A stretch of DNA of 64,000 nucleotides from a virus: IMG/VR virus record IMGVR_UViG_3300008262_000018, positions 57,097-121,096 of that record; one strand, given 5' to 3'. This document shows positions 51,264-59,761 of this stretch, one piece after another. The number at the start of each line of letters is the position of its first letter. The stretch's first letter is position 1. The translations under genes and the position numbers were made by a program. A model generated the notes under the pieces. The model made no database searches. It was not told where the DNA came from and was given only the letters and a program-made list of their open reading frames with translations.

Positions 51264-51758
51264 TTAAAGATCAGCTTCTTGTTTAACAGATCTTGATTTA
51301 TTCATAAGACCTGATAAAGAAGATAGTTCTTTTTGCGCTTGCATAACATCACGAATTTCATCGCTATTTGTATGCATAATAAGCTCATCTATTGCACTTT
51401 CATTTTGTGTATAAAATGTTTGACGATAGATTGGTTGATCATTATATCTGCAAATAATACCTGTTGAACCAGCAATTTTAAAGTTTTTATCTGGGTTCTC
51501 ACTATTAAATGGTTCTAATGACTCTTTTACTACAATTTTACCAGATAAAACTTGTTCTGCTTTAAAATTAGTAGCAACTAAATCTTCAACTTTACCTTTA
51601 ATGAGTGCTGTTCTTAATACAGGTCTTAACCAACCTTCTTCATTAATTTGTACACTAAACTGCTGCACTTTTACATATCCATATTCAGGATTGTTTTTTG
51701 ATAAGCCAATAACATTACCTTGTTCATCAGCTTTTACTACAACTTTACCTTCATTCAT
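51264..51758 (-). CDS. Hypothetical protein
   Basis: 164-aa ORF flanked by terminators. Confidence 0.7.
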   Translation of the reverse strand: MNEGKVVVKADEQGNVIGLSKNNPEYGYVKVQQFSVQINEEGWLRPVLRTALIKGKVEDLVATNFKAEQVLSGKIVVKESLEPFNSENPDKNFKIAGSTGIICRYNDQPIYRQTFYTQNESAIDELIMHTNSDEIRDVMQAQKELSSLSGLMNKSRSVKQEADL

Positions 51759-51785
51759 AGCTGTTAAATTTTAAAAATTAAAAAT

Positions 51786-51814
51786 AAAAAAGGGCTTATT
51801 TCTAAGCCCTTTTT
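51786..51814. terminator. Intrinsic terminator
   Basis: aaaagggctta-tttc-taagccctttt. Confidence 0.75.
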
Positions 51815-51834
51815 GTGTTGTAAATAGATTCTAA

Positions 51835-52092
51835 TTAATCTACTATATCATCATAGTTTATATCCAAATCTAATAGTTTATCATTTTCAGATAAATCTGT
51901 TATTTCAGGTACATCTTGAATAGCAGCATCATCTTCTTTTTCTTGTTTCAGCAATACTGATCCAAACCAAGGATCTTCTTGCACATCACCATAGTTATAA
52001 GCAATTAAATATTCTAATTCTTCATCAGACATTTCAAAATATTGTTCTGTGCTTATTTCTATGACTTTACCATTAGGTAGTTGGTATAGCAT
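51835..52092 (-). CDS. Small acidic protein
   Basis: MLYQLPNGKVIEIS...; D/E-rich C-terminus. Confidence 0.65.
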   Translation of the reverse strand: MLYQLPNGKVIEISTEQYFEMSDEELEYLIAYNYGDVQEDPWFGSVLLKQEKEDDAAIQDVPEITDLSENDKLLDLDINYDDIVD

Positions 52093-52182
52093 AAGTATAT
52101 TTATATACAATAAAGATAGATATGTTATATTAACTAACCAATGTTAAGATATACTATTACTGGATAATAGAGCTATAATTCT

Positions 52183-52344
52183 TTAGTTTTTATTAGAATT
52201 GTTGTGTTTATAAAACTTTTTCTTCCAAAAAGCATTTGTTTTATTAATATGCTCTTGTTTTTCTACTAATTTTTGTTCAAGTTCTGCTATTTTTTCCTTG
52301 TATTTTTTTCTAGGAAAAAATAAATCCTTAACCCACGTCATCAT
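52183..52344 (-). CDS. Small basic protein (53 aa)
   Basis: MMTWVKDLFFPRKKYKEKIAELEQK...NKN*, overlapping the upstream stop. Confidence 0.5.
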   Translation of the reverse strand: MMTWVKDLFFPRKKYKEKIAELEQKLVEKQEHINKTNAFWKKKFYKHNNSNKN

Positions 52345-52945
52345 AGTTTACATCATTTAGTTTATTAAATAAACCTGAAAATCTACCACCAACTGCTTTA
52401 TTAGAAGCTAATCCTTCACCAAAATCAGTAGATGGTATAAGATCAATCTTATCTACTAAATCGCCCTCATTGTTTATTTGTTTACCATTCCTTTCAATGT
52501 GATATACTAACACTTCGTTATCGTAGGTTGATTGAATGTTAATAAACACAGCTTCTTCTTTATTTACTTTTTCTTGGGCAATTTTAAAAGCTTCTTCTTG
52601 CGTTTTTGCTTCATCTTTAGAAACTTTTTTAACCCATACCTCTGAAGACCAAGCTAAAGCATATGGAATAAACTTTTTTTTAATTTCTTTAAATATTTTA
52701 GGAAGAACTTCAGCTATCAATTCATCTTTTGAATCACCATCTTCCATAAATGAAGAAGGAATGGGTATGTGAACCATACCCAATGCCTTTTCATCTGTTT
52801 CTTCATCAAGTTTTTCTTTCAATTCACAAAAAATAGTGAAACTTGGATAAAGTTCACCCATTTCTTGAATTGTATCTTTTACAAAATTTACATAATCGTT
52901 TTTAAGCTTATCAATAAGCTCATTTTTATCATTATCCTTCATCAT
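52328..52945 (-). CDS. Hypothetical protein
   Basis: About 205-aa ORF. Confidence 0.65.
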   Translation of the reverse strand: MMKDNDKNELIDKLKNDYVNFVKDTIQEMGELYPSFTIFCELKEKLDEETDEKALGMVHIPIPSSFMEDGDSKDELIAEVLPKIFKEIKKKFIPYALAWSSEVWVKKVSKDEAKTQEEAFKIAQEKVNKEEAVFINIQSTYDNEVLVYHIERNGKQINNEGDLVDKIDLIPSTDFGEGLASNKAVGGRFSGLFNKLNDVNYDDVG

Positions 52946-54326
52946 TTTGAAATTCGAGTTTAACAACTTTGTTTACTAAGGTACTTACCAGTTTAGAAGT
53001 ATCTTCTAAATCGTTTATTACAGTGGAGTAGCTGTAAATTTCTTTCACTCTATCATAACGTAAACCAATACCTACAGTTACAAAGCCATCACGTCTACAT
53101 CTTTCTATAACACGTTTCATTTCATCAATAGCTTTTTCTCCACCATAATTATTACCAGATGGTTGACCATCAGATACTGATATAAAAAGAATATTCTCAG
53201 AAGTTTTACTTCTAATACTATCGTATATTTTTTCTATAACAATACCATCATAGTTTTCATTAAAACTTATATGACTTTGTGCTTCAAAAACATCCTCAAA
53301 ATTCTGATTATATGGATCATGATAAATTCTTATTTCTGGATCATCATGAGATTCTTCATCACCACTATGTCCATAAATATAAATTTTATCTTTTGGTATA
53401 ATCTCAGAAAATGTTTTATATAAAATTTTAACTATAGAATGTTGATAGTCAGCATTTGAACTAAGTCTACCTGGTCTATATAAATCCATACTTCCACTTT
53501 CGTCCATAAGAATACAAACAGCAAAAGGCTTAGTAGATATATTCTCTTCCACTTTGTAATAAACTCTTGTATTACCACTATGAACTGTTGCAATTTTTGC
53601 AATATCAAGTTTACCATTGCGAAGATTATCCACTTTATCTGCTTTAGGATCAAAGCTTATATCTAATAAGTTTATAAGTCGTTTAGCAGATGCTTCTTCT
53701 TCAGCACTATACTTAACTTTCTTTTTTTCAATCTTATGCTTAAGCATGTTTACAAAATATGCTTTTTCTTTAAGTTCTTTAGCATCTGCATCAAAAAGAG
53801 TTACACCTGACTTAAATCCCTTATGTTCAAACTTTTTAGTTTCACCAATAATTTCTTCAGCTTTTTCTTTTGCTTCTTTAAGAGTCATACTTTTTGTTGG
53901 TGCCCCACTATCTTCCGATTTACTGTCTTCATCATCTACTATATATTGTATAGTGGCATCTAAAAGTTCCTTTTCATAATGATCAAACAAACTACCTAGT
54001 TCTGTATCAGATTCTTTGATGTAGTTAATAGTTCTTTGTACATCTTCTTTTGCAGGAACTAAACATTTTGATTTTATAGAAGAACCATAAAATAAAGGAA
54101 GTTCTTTTACTTCAGCATTAGCTAATAAATAATCACTTACACCAAACTCTTTAACTTTTAATTGAAATAAGTCTGCAAGTTTAGATTTAGAATTCCATGG
54201 AAGTTTAGATGCAGGATTAAAACTTGTTCTAACATCAAAACTTGTTTTTATTGTGGGAAAGTCATGGAGGATTTTTTCAAATCCCCCATATAATGACCCT
54301 TCCCAGTTTGTACTGGACCAGAACAT
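52932..54326 (-). CDS. vWA domain protein (CobT/NorD-like)
   Basis: GKLD, ILMDESGSM, ENYDG, VSDGQP. Confidence 0.85.
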   Translation of the reverse strand: MFWSSTNWEGSLYGGFEKILHDFPTIKTSFDVRTSFNPASKLPWNSKSKLADLFQLKVKEFGVSDYLLANAEVKELPLFYGSSIKSKCLVPAKEDVQRTINYIKESDTELGSLFDHYEKELLDATIQYIVDDEDSKSEDSGAPTKSMTLKEAKEKAEEIIGETKKFEHKGFKSGVTLFDADAKELKEKAYFVNMLKHKIEKKKVKYSAEEEASAKRLINLLDISFDPKADKVDNLRNGKLDIAKIATVHSGNTRVYYKVEENISTKPFAVCILMDESGSMDLYRPGRLSSNADYQHSIVKILYKTFSEIIPKDKIYIYGHSGDEESHDDPEIRIYHDPYNQNFEDVFEAQSHISFNENYDGIVIEKIYDSIRSKTSENILFISVSDGQPSGNNYGGEKAIDEMKRVIERCRRDGFVTVGIGLRYDRVKEIYSYSTVINDLEDTSKLVSTLVNKVVKLEFQNDEG

Positions 54327-54334
54327 ATTATTTT

Positions 54335-55480
54335 TTATTTAGATTGATCTAATATGTCTTCAATAGCTTTCAAACCTTCTTTGCTACCAAGACCTTTACA
54401 AATTGCATAGAAACTGTCGTAGATAGTAAACCCATCAGATACTAAATCAACAATATTTTTTAGATGTCTAATAGACAAACTAAAATTAACACGAAATTCT
54501 TCGTGAGATTGATTAATACGATTATAAATGTTTACAATAGTTTTCACTTGCTCTGGAGTAAGTGTTTTCCCGTAATTAGTAACAACTTGTTTAGTCATTT
54601 CTTCATTAAGGGGATCAACTTCTATCAAAACAAATCTATCTAATAACGCTCTATCTAACTTATGTGTACCTGTATATTGACTACCCACGTTTGCTGTAGC
54701 AATAAATACACAATCAGGATGTACTTTCACTGGCTCACAATTGTGAAAGCAATATTCCATAGGAAGCTCACGTCTAAAGTCAAGACAAGGAAACAACAAG
54801 TTATTTGCTGTTACCACTGCACGTGAAAGTTCATCCAATAGAATAATACCAGGTTTCTGTATCATCTCAGAAAATCTTGAAGGAATAAACTCACTGATTG
54901 TTTTATCATCCTTTACACTAATTGTATGTGTACCTACAAGAGACATAATAGGATCGCTCATAGTACCCATATCAAATATTGTAAGAGGAAGTCCCAACGA
55001 ATCAGCAATATTCTTTACAAGTTCTGTTTTACCTACACCTGTTGGACCAAGTAACATAGTGCTACGTCTTGCTTTTACATTAGAAAGCAAAATTTGATAT
55101 GTAGCCTTATTCACTTTAAAATATCCACCAAGAGTTACAAATCCTTCAGTGCTTATTTCAGAAACAGGAGTTAATGCTACAGGAGCTTCATATACCATTT
55201 CAAGATCACATTCTGGAGATATAGTTTCTAATGTACGCTTAAGCGTTTTAACATCTCCTGTTTTCATATTTTCTACAATATACCCATGAGTATCAATAAT
55301 TTGTCTCACTTCCTTAATATCTTTTTCTATAAATGATGATATCACTTTAGCAAGAGCAACAGGATTAGTACCCTGATGATTTACTTTTAACCACGCACGT
55401 GTTCTACGAGTGCGTTTTGCATCATCAATGTCACTTGTAATAACTTCAATCATTTCTTCTGGAGCTGTTAATTCTTCCAT
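54335..55480 (-). CDS. MoxR-family AAA+ ATPase (CobS/CbbQ/NirQ-like)
   Basis: GPTGVGKT, LLDELSRA, ATANVG, LDRALLDRF, SIRHL. Confidence 0.88.
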   Translation of the reverse strand: MEELTAPEEMIEVITSDIDDAKRTRRTRAWLKVNHQGTNPVALAKVISSFIEKDIKEVRQIIDTHGYIVENMKTGDVKTLKRTLETISPECDLEMVYEAPVALTPVSEISTEGFVTLGGYFKVNKATYQILLSNVKARRSTMLLGPTGVGKTELVKNIADSLGLPLTIFDMGTMSDPIMSLVGTHTISVKDDKTISEFIPSRFSEMIQKPGIILLDELSRAVVTANNLLFPCLDFRRELPMEYCFHNCEPVKVHPDCVFIATANVGSQYTGTHKLDRALLDRFVLIEVDPLNEEMTKQVVTNYGKTLTPEQVKTIVNIYNRINQSHEEFRVNFSLSIRHLKNIVDLVSDGFTIYDSFYAICKGLGSKEGLKAIEDILDQSK

Positions 55481-55514
55481 TTTGTTTGTTTTTTTTTAAA
55501 TTAATAAAAATTGA

Positions 55515-56087
55515 TTAATCCCACCAAGATTCAATATGCTGATTAAGCATTTTAAATAATAAGCTCTTGGCACGCTTGTGATTTTCTCGCGATATATTCA
55601 TAGCAATGTATGATTTATCGTCTTTTCTTGATACCACTCTATCCATTTTTATTACTTGTTTATAAACAAGAGGATACTTTTTAAAGTAGTCATCAAAGTT
55701 TTCTGATAATTCTTCTATACGAAGTTGTTTGTGATCTGGATCATCTTCAATATCATCCCAGTGATATACAGATTTATGATAATCCATATATTCCATATGA
55801 TAATATTCTCCTTGGACACGCTGTATAAGACGAACACATGTCATCATTCTTTGAACATCTCTTTTTGCATTAAGATGTATACTATATCTACTAATATACC
55901 TAGCTTGTTTTATAAGCTTTTTCTCCAACAGTATCCATATGTAATAGTCATCCCAATCTCTATCTTTCCAGATAGTTGGAAACCATTTCCATAGGTTTTT
56001 TACACCTGTTATAAAATGTTTATGCGCATATCTAGCTTCATGTCTAAGCCAATATTCAAATCTCTTGATTATTTTTTTTACGCTCAT
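55515..56087 (-). CDS. Conserved phage hypothetical protein
   Basis: IWKDRDWD..ESWWD. Confidence 0.7.
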   Translation of the reverse strand: MSVKKIIKRFEYWLRHEARYAHKHFITGVKNLWKWFPTIWKDRDWDDYYIWILLEKKLIKQARYISRYSIHLNAKRDVQRMMTCVRLIQRVQGEYYHMEYMDYHKSVYHWDDIEDDPDHKQLRIEELSENFDDYFKKYPLVYKQVIKMDRVVSRKDDKSYIAMNISRENHKRAKSLLFKMLNQHIESWWD

Positions 56088-56295
56088 ATGCTCTTTTTAT
56101 AATTTCTAAGGTTTCATTATCAGTCATATAATCAATTCTTGGATCATCATCACCTAATTCTGCATGTTGTGCTCCTATTTTATAAGCAATATTTTGAATT
56201 TCGTGATCTGATTCTACTCTTGATCTACCTGATAATTCATCATTAAATCCATAAGCATACCATAATAATAGTTCTTTGTCTGTAAGTTCTGTCAT
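56056..56295 (-). CDS. Hypothetical protein
   Basis: 79-aa ORF. Confidence 0.6.
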   Translation of the reverse strand: MTELTDKELLLWYAYGFNDELSGRSRVESDHEIQNIAYKIGAQHAELGDDDPRIDYMTDNETLEIIKRAYERKKNNQEI

Positions 56296-56418
56296 ATATT
56301 ATAGTTTTACTAAGAAATACAATCCAACTGCTGCTGCAATCCAAAGTGTTGTAAACACAATAGTTTCAATTACTAATTTTCGATCTTTTGTTTGTGGTTT
56401 CATTCTATTTGATTTTTG

Positions 56419-57045
56419 TTAATAATTTGGTTGTAATCTTTCCCATTCTGCTTCTAAAACATTTAACATCCAATACTCATATTCGCTTTTAGATTTACCT
56501 GTAATATCACTTATTCTTTGAGCTAAATCTTGTCTTCTACCATCTCTATAGAATTTATATTCAATAGCATCAGCTAACCAATGCATTTCATCATTACCAG
56601 CTATACTAATTCTAAGATCATATGATTGCCATTTAGTTTTATAATCCCATATCATATAACCTTTAGTAAGCCTTCTTAATAAATCGTGTAATACCCAATT
56701 TCTAACTCTTATTATAGAGTTATCACTTCCAAAAAGATGAAGAAATCTAAGAAACCATCTTGGGCACCACCAAGGTTTAGCTTTTTTATCCATATATATC
56801 ACTAATGGTTCCATAGCTTTAAAGATTTCATTTTCTTCTTTCCAAGGAATTACACCTAAATACTCATATTTCTTATGAAAGCCTTTAGGAAAAAATACAG
56901 ATTTTACATCATTCCATTTGATATCTTTGGTGTGTATTATTCCTTTTTTTCTACCTTTCCAAAATAATAAACTCTTAAAGAAATCTACCACTCGTTCTTT
57001 AAGTGGCGTAGGTTTATAAAATTTACTTTTTTTATTTATTACCAT
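56419..57045 (-). CDS. Hypothetical protein
   Basis: 208-aa ORF. Confidence 0.65.
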   Translation of the reverse strand: MVINKKSKFYKPTPLKERVVDFFKSLLFWKGRKKGIIHTKDIKWNDVKSVFFPKGFHKKYEYLGVIPWKEENEIFKAMEPLVIYMDKKAKPWWCPRWFLRFLHLFGSDNSIIRVRNWVLHDLLRRLTKGYMIWDYKTKWQSYDLRISIAGNDEMHWLADAIEYKFYRDGRRQDLAQRISDITGKSKSEYEYWMLNVLEAEWERLQPNY

Positions 57046-57048
57046 ATT

Positions 57049-57387
57049 TTAACTTTTACATTGTTCACAATAAAGAGGTTCTAAATAATCTATTTCTCCT
57101 TTTGAAAATTTGTTTTCTTCTTCATTAAAATCCACACCTGTTTTAACAACTCTTCTACACATAGAACATAACAAAGCAAGATTACCACTATTAAATTTTA
57201 TAATAGCTTTTTGTTTTTCAGGTTCTTCCCAATATCTACAATAGAAATGTTCTCCAAAACTATCTATTAAATCTTTAGGATAGCCTTGTTCAACAAGCCA
57301 CGCTATTGTATCTTTTTGTCTATCTTCAGGAATAGTTTTAGGAAAACCATATAACCATCCTGATGGTGGATCAATCATTGTTGCCAT
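57049..57387 (-). CDS. Hypothetical protein with C-terminal Zn finger
   Basis: IDPPSGWLYGFPK; CSMC..CEQC. Confidence 0.6.
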   Translation of the reverse strand: MATMIDPPSGWLYGFPKTIPEDRQKDTIAWLVEQGYPKDLIDSFGEHFYCRYWEEPEKQKAIIKFNSGNLALLCSMCRRVVKTGVDFNEEENKFSKGEIDYLEPLYCEQCKS

Positions 57388-57445
57388 AATAAATGTTGTT
57401 TATTTTCAACAAAAAGTGCCAAAATGTGGTGTATTGTTGACATTT

Positions 57446-57724
57446 TCATACATTAGATTTAAATCTTAGTAAATACATTAAACATCCTTTGTATATTAAC
57501 AATTTAGCAAACCAATAAGGTATACCACTTGCTCCATACTCATCTTTAGTTGTATAAAGAACATATTTTTTTGAAATATTTACTATATCCCAATCATGTT
57601 CAGAATCAGCAAATTGTATTACAGCATATCTATACCTACTTCTAAAATAGAAGTATTTACCCATAAACCATCCTTCAGCTTGTACAGGAGCTACTCCTGA
57701 AGGTTTGTGTTTCCATTTAATCAT
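57446..57724 (-). CDS. Hypothetical protein
   Basis: PVQAEG..FYFRSR. Confidence 0.6.
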   Translation of the reverse strand: MIKWKHKPSGVAPVQAEGWFMGKYFYFRSRYRYAVIQFADSEHDWDIVNISKKYVLYTTKDEYGASGIPYWFAKLLIYKGCLMYLLRFKSNV

Positions 57725-57900
57725 AATTAATATTTTTTAGTTTGTTTCCATACATCAATAACTCCCCATACTACAAGAATTAATGATAATACTATAAATC
57801 CTAATATTATATATCCCATAATAAATTTTTTAATAAAATTAAATAAAAAATCCCAGTGTAGAAACACCAGGATGTTGCTAACCTATGAAAAACACCTTAG

Positions 57901-58301
57901 TGGAGGTGAGGGGAATCGAACCCCTGTCCAAACAAACAAACAATGCATACAACGTATCACATGCTTAGTCAAGAGATAGCTTGACAACTATGTACTAAAA
58001 GTAAAGATATATCCTTACTTTTTGCACCGTAATAGGAACTAGCACGGTAATGCTCCACCACTTGATTTTATGACTATCAAGAAAACTATTACTATTTTCT
58101 GTTGCCAAGCATAGATGCTCCGTAGGATTAAGCAGCGATTGCTACTTCACCAAAGATAGAAGCTAAGATAGCTTCACCTTCTGCTACACGGTCAACATTA
58201 GATGTGCCGTTTAAAGATTGAATCATTGATTATAGAGGAATAGACCCTTACCTCTGCATGTGTACACACCTTTGATTTGCTGTCAAATCCTTGGCACCCC
58301 C
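57901..58301 (-). ncRNA. ssrA: tmRNA
   Basis: 5' GGGGGTGCCAAGGATTTGAC; 3' GGGGTTCGATTCCCCTCACCTCCA (T-arm, acceptor with G3:U pair); internal tag ORF 58208-58128 GTSNVDRVAEGEAILASIFGEVAIAA*. Confidence 0.93.
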
Positions 58302-58305
58302 ATTA

Positions 58306-58418
58306 GTAGTCAGGACAGGATTCGAACCTGTATGTCGTATCGCACCTCATTTATTAGCATTCTTGAATCAACGACTATCCCAAATGCCTTAGCGTCTACC
58401 ATTCCGCCACCTGACTAC
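58306..58418 (-). tRNA. tRNA-like RNA with no assignable anticodon
   Basis: GTAGTCAGG/CCTGACTAC acceptor, D-arm GGCGGAATGGTAGACGC, T-arm ACAGGTTCGAATCCTGT; about 60-nt non-canonical centre. Confidence 0.7.
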
Positions 58419-58517
58419 ATTGTTAACACTAATTCCTCTTCATTGATCGACCAACTTACTAACCAAAACTGTTTTTTAATTGTTTTGAATTGATTGATAA
58501 ATAATTAGTGCTAACAA

Positions 58518-58793
58518 TTATTTTAATATAGTTGTTAATTTCGTCATTCCAGATCCTCTTGACTCTCTCATTATTATACCCTTTTTTTCCAATTTACGCA
58601 AAATCCTAATAACAGTAGATTGTGTGTTTCCGCATTCACTTGCTATTCTATCTACACTCACAAAAAGCGTGTTATCAGACCCTGCATATGTACAAAGATA
58701 AGCATATATTGCTTTCTCTGGTAGAGATATTTCAGGATCTTGAATAACTGTTTTAGAAACTTGTCCAAAACCTGCTTTTAATCTAGAATTCAT
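58518..58793 (-). CDS. Winged HTH protein (HTH_36-like)
   Basis: EKAIYAYL..SVDRIASEC..TVIRILRKLEKKGII. Confidence 0.8.
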   Translation of the reverse strand: MNSRLKAGFGQVSKTVIQDPEISLPEKAIYAYLCTYAGSDNTLFVSVDRIASECGNTQSTVIRILRKLEKKGIIMRESRGSGMTKLTTILK

Positions 58794-58805
58794 TAGATGA
58801 AATTA

Positions 58806-59423
58806 TTACAAAGATAGATCAACTGTATTTGAATGACTAGTTGTAGATGGTTTCATTTCTGTAATAGAAACAAGATCATAACAACCAAACTCACCATTGT
58901 TTGTTGGTCTAAATGAACCAATGCCTATATATTCTCCTGCATATTGCACAATATTTTTTATCATTTCTTCTGTAATTGTGTCAATTTTTACTCTTAAAGT
59001 AAATTCAGCTTCCCAACCTACATTCCATTTAGGACGAACTGTAATAATACGAGCTTTTACATTTCTATTTACAGCTGATCTTTTATCAAAACAATCATAA
59101 TCAGGCATTAAAATTTGTTCTGGTGTTACTAAAAACATACCAGCAACAATATTCTTCATAGATTTAGTGGCGCTTCCCACTTTACCTTTTACCAATTTAC
59201 CTGCTTCAATAAGCGCTGCTTTAATTTGAGAAGAAGGAATAAAACAATGACCATCATTGTTTCTATAACAATGAAACTCAGCTTTAACTTGATCAGGAGT
59301 ATTTAATCCTAATCTTTCAATAATCATGTGTCTTTCTTTTTCCCATTTGTCTAATGTTTGATCGTCCATACGATGTTGCATGTAAGGACTAGATCCTTTA
59401 ATTTTTACTTTGTAAGATTTCAT
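58806..59423 (-). CDS. Solo Cas7/RAMP-like protein
   Basis: First strand VKIKGSSPYMQH, FIPSSQIKAAL (cf. IPGSSLKGA), WEAEFTL, Gly-rich loop GIGSFRP..GEFG; true ATG at 59423. Confidence 0.75.
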   Translation of the reverse strand: MKSYKVKIKGSSPYMQHRMDDQTLDKWEKERHMIIERLGLNTPDQVKAEFHCYRNNDGHCFIPSSQIKAALIEAGKLVKGKVGSATKSMKNIVAGMFLVTPEQILMPDYDCFDKRSAVNRNVKARIITVRPKWNVGWEAEFTLRVKIDTITEEMIKNIVQYAGEYIGIGSFRPTNNGEFGCYDLVSITEMKPSTTSHSNTVDLSL

Positions 59424-59514
59424 TTTTTTTGATTTTAAATGATTATTAATAAAAAACATTACTAAACAATACTTAACAAAACAATACGCCACCCCACGGC
59501 ACTATACCGCACTC

Positions 59515-59570
59515 AAAATCTCTGCATTTTTTCAATTGGACTTGTAACCAACTTTGGTAGCATTACCTTT
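59515..59570 (-). ncRNA. Twister ribozyme-like linker A
   Basis: UAA-UGCU-ACC..AGUUGG-UUACAAGU-CCAAUU..AAAA-UGCA-GAG; T1 pseudoknot imperfect. Confidence 0.55.
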
Positions 59571-59632
59571 ACTTTACGCTACGTAACACTACGCCACTCG
59601 ACCTCACCTTACGTCACACGACATAACCATAC

Positions 59633-59690
59633 ATAAAACCTCTGCATTTTACAAACAGACTTGGACTGTCTTAGGTTGCATTACACTATA
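59633..59690 (-). ncRNA. Twister ribozyme-like linker B
   Basis: UAA-UGCA-ACC..AGACAG-UCCAAGU-CUGUUU..AAAA-UGCA-GAGG. Confidence 0.6.
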
Positions 59691-59733
59691 CTTCACCTAA
59701 CACCACAACACCAAACCCCACCACACTAAGCAT

Positions 59734-59757
59734 AAAAAGGGGAGATTTCTCTCCCCA
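59734..59757 (-). terminator. Terminator hairpin between the ParB-like gene and the array
   Basis: Minus strand: GGGGAGA-GAAA-TCTCCCC-TTTTT. Confidence 0.7.
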
Positions 59758-59761
59758 ATTT

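Larger units (their letters stand above)
59456..59734 (-). repeat. Array of three period-5 (NNNGT)n tracts separated by conserved linkers; candidate guide-RNA array
   Basis: Plus strand has AC every 5 nt: 59456-59515 (12 units), 59565-59635 (14 units), 59685-59729 (9 units); linker tctgcatttt recurs at 59521 and 59641. Confidence 0.85.

Noticed and set aside
58260-58493. Plus-strand 77-aa ORF
   Set aside because: Antisense to the tmRNA and tRNA-like RNA; spurious.
59424-59492. GTG-start N-terminal extension of the RAMP-like ORF (228 aa in the track)
   Set aside because: It runs through the periodic array; ATG 59423 has the typical A-rich leader.
59456-59734. Canonical CRISPR array or microsatellite
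   Set aside because: There are no identical 25-40-nt repeats with unique spacers, and only 2 of every 5 bases are fixed, unlike slippage repeats.
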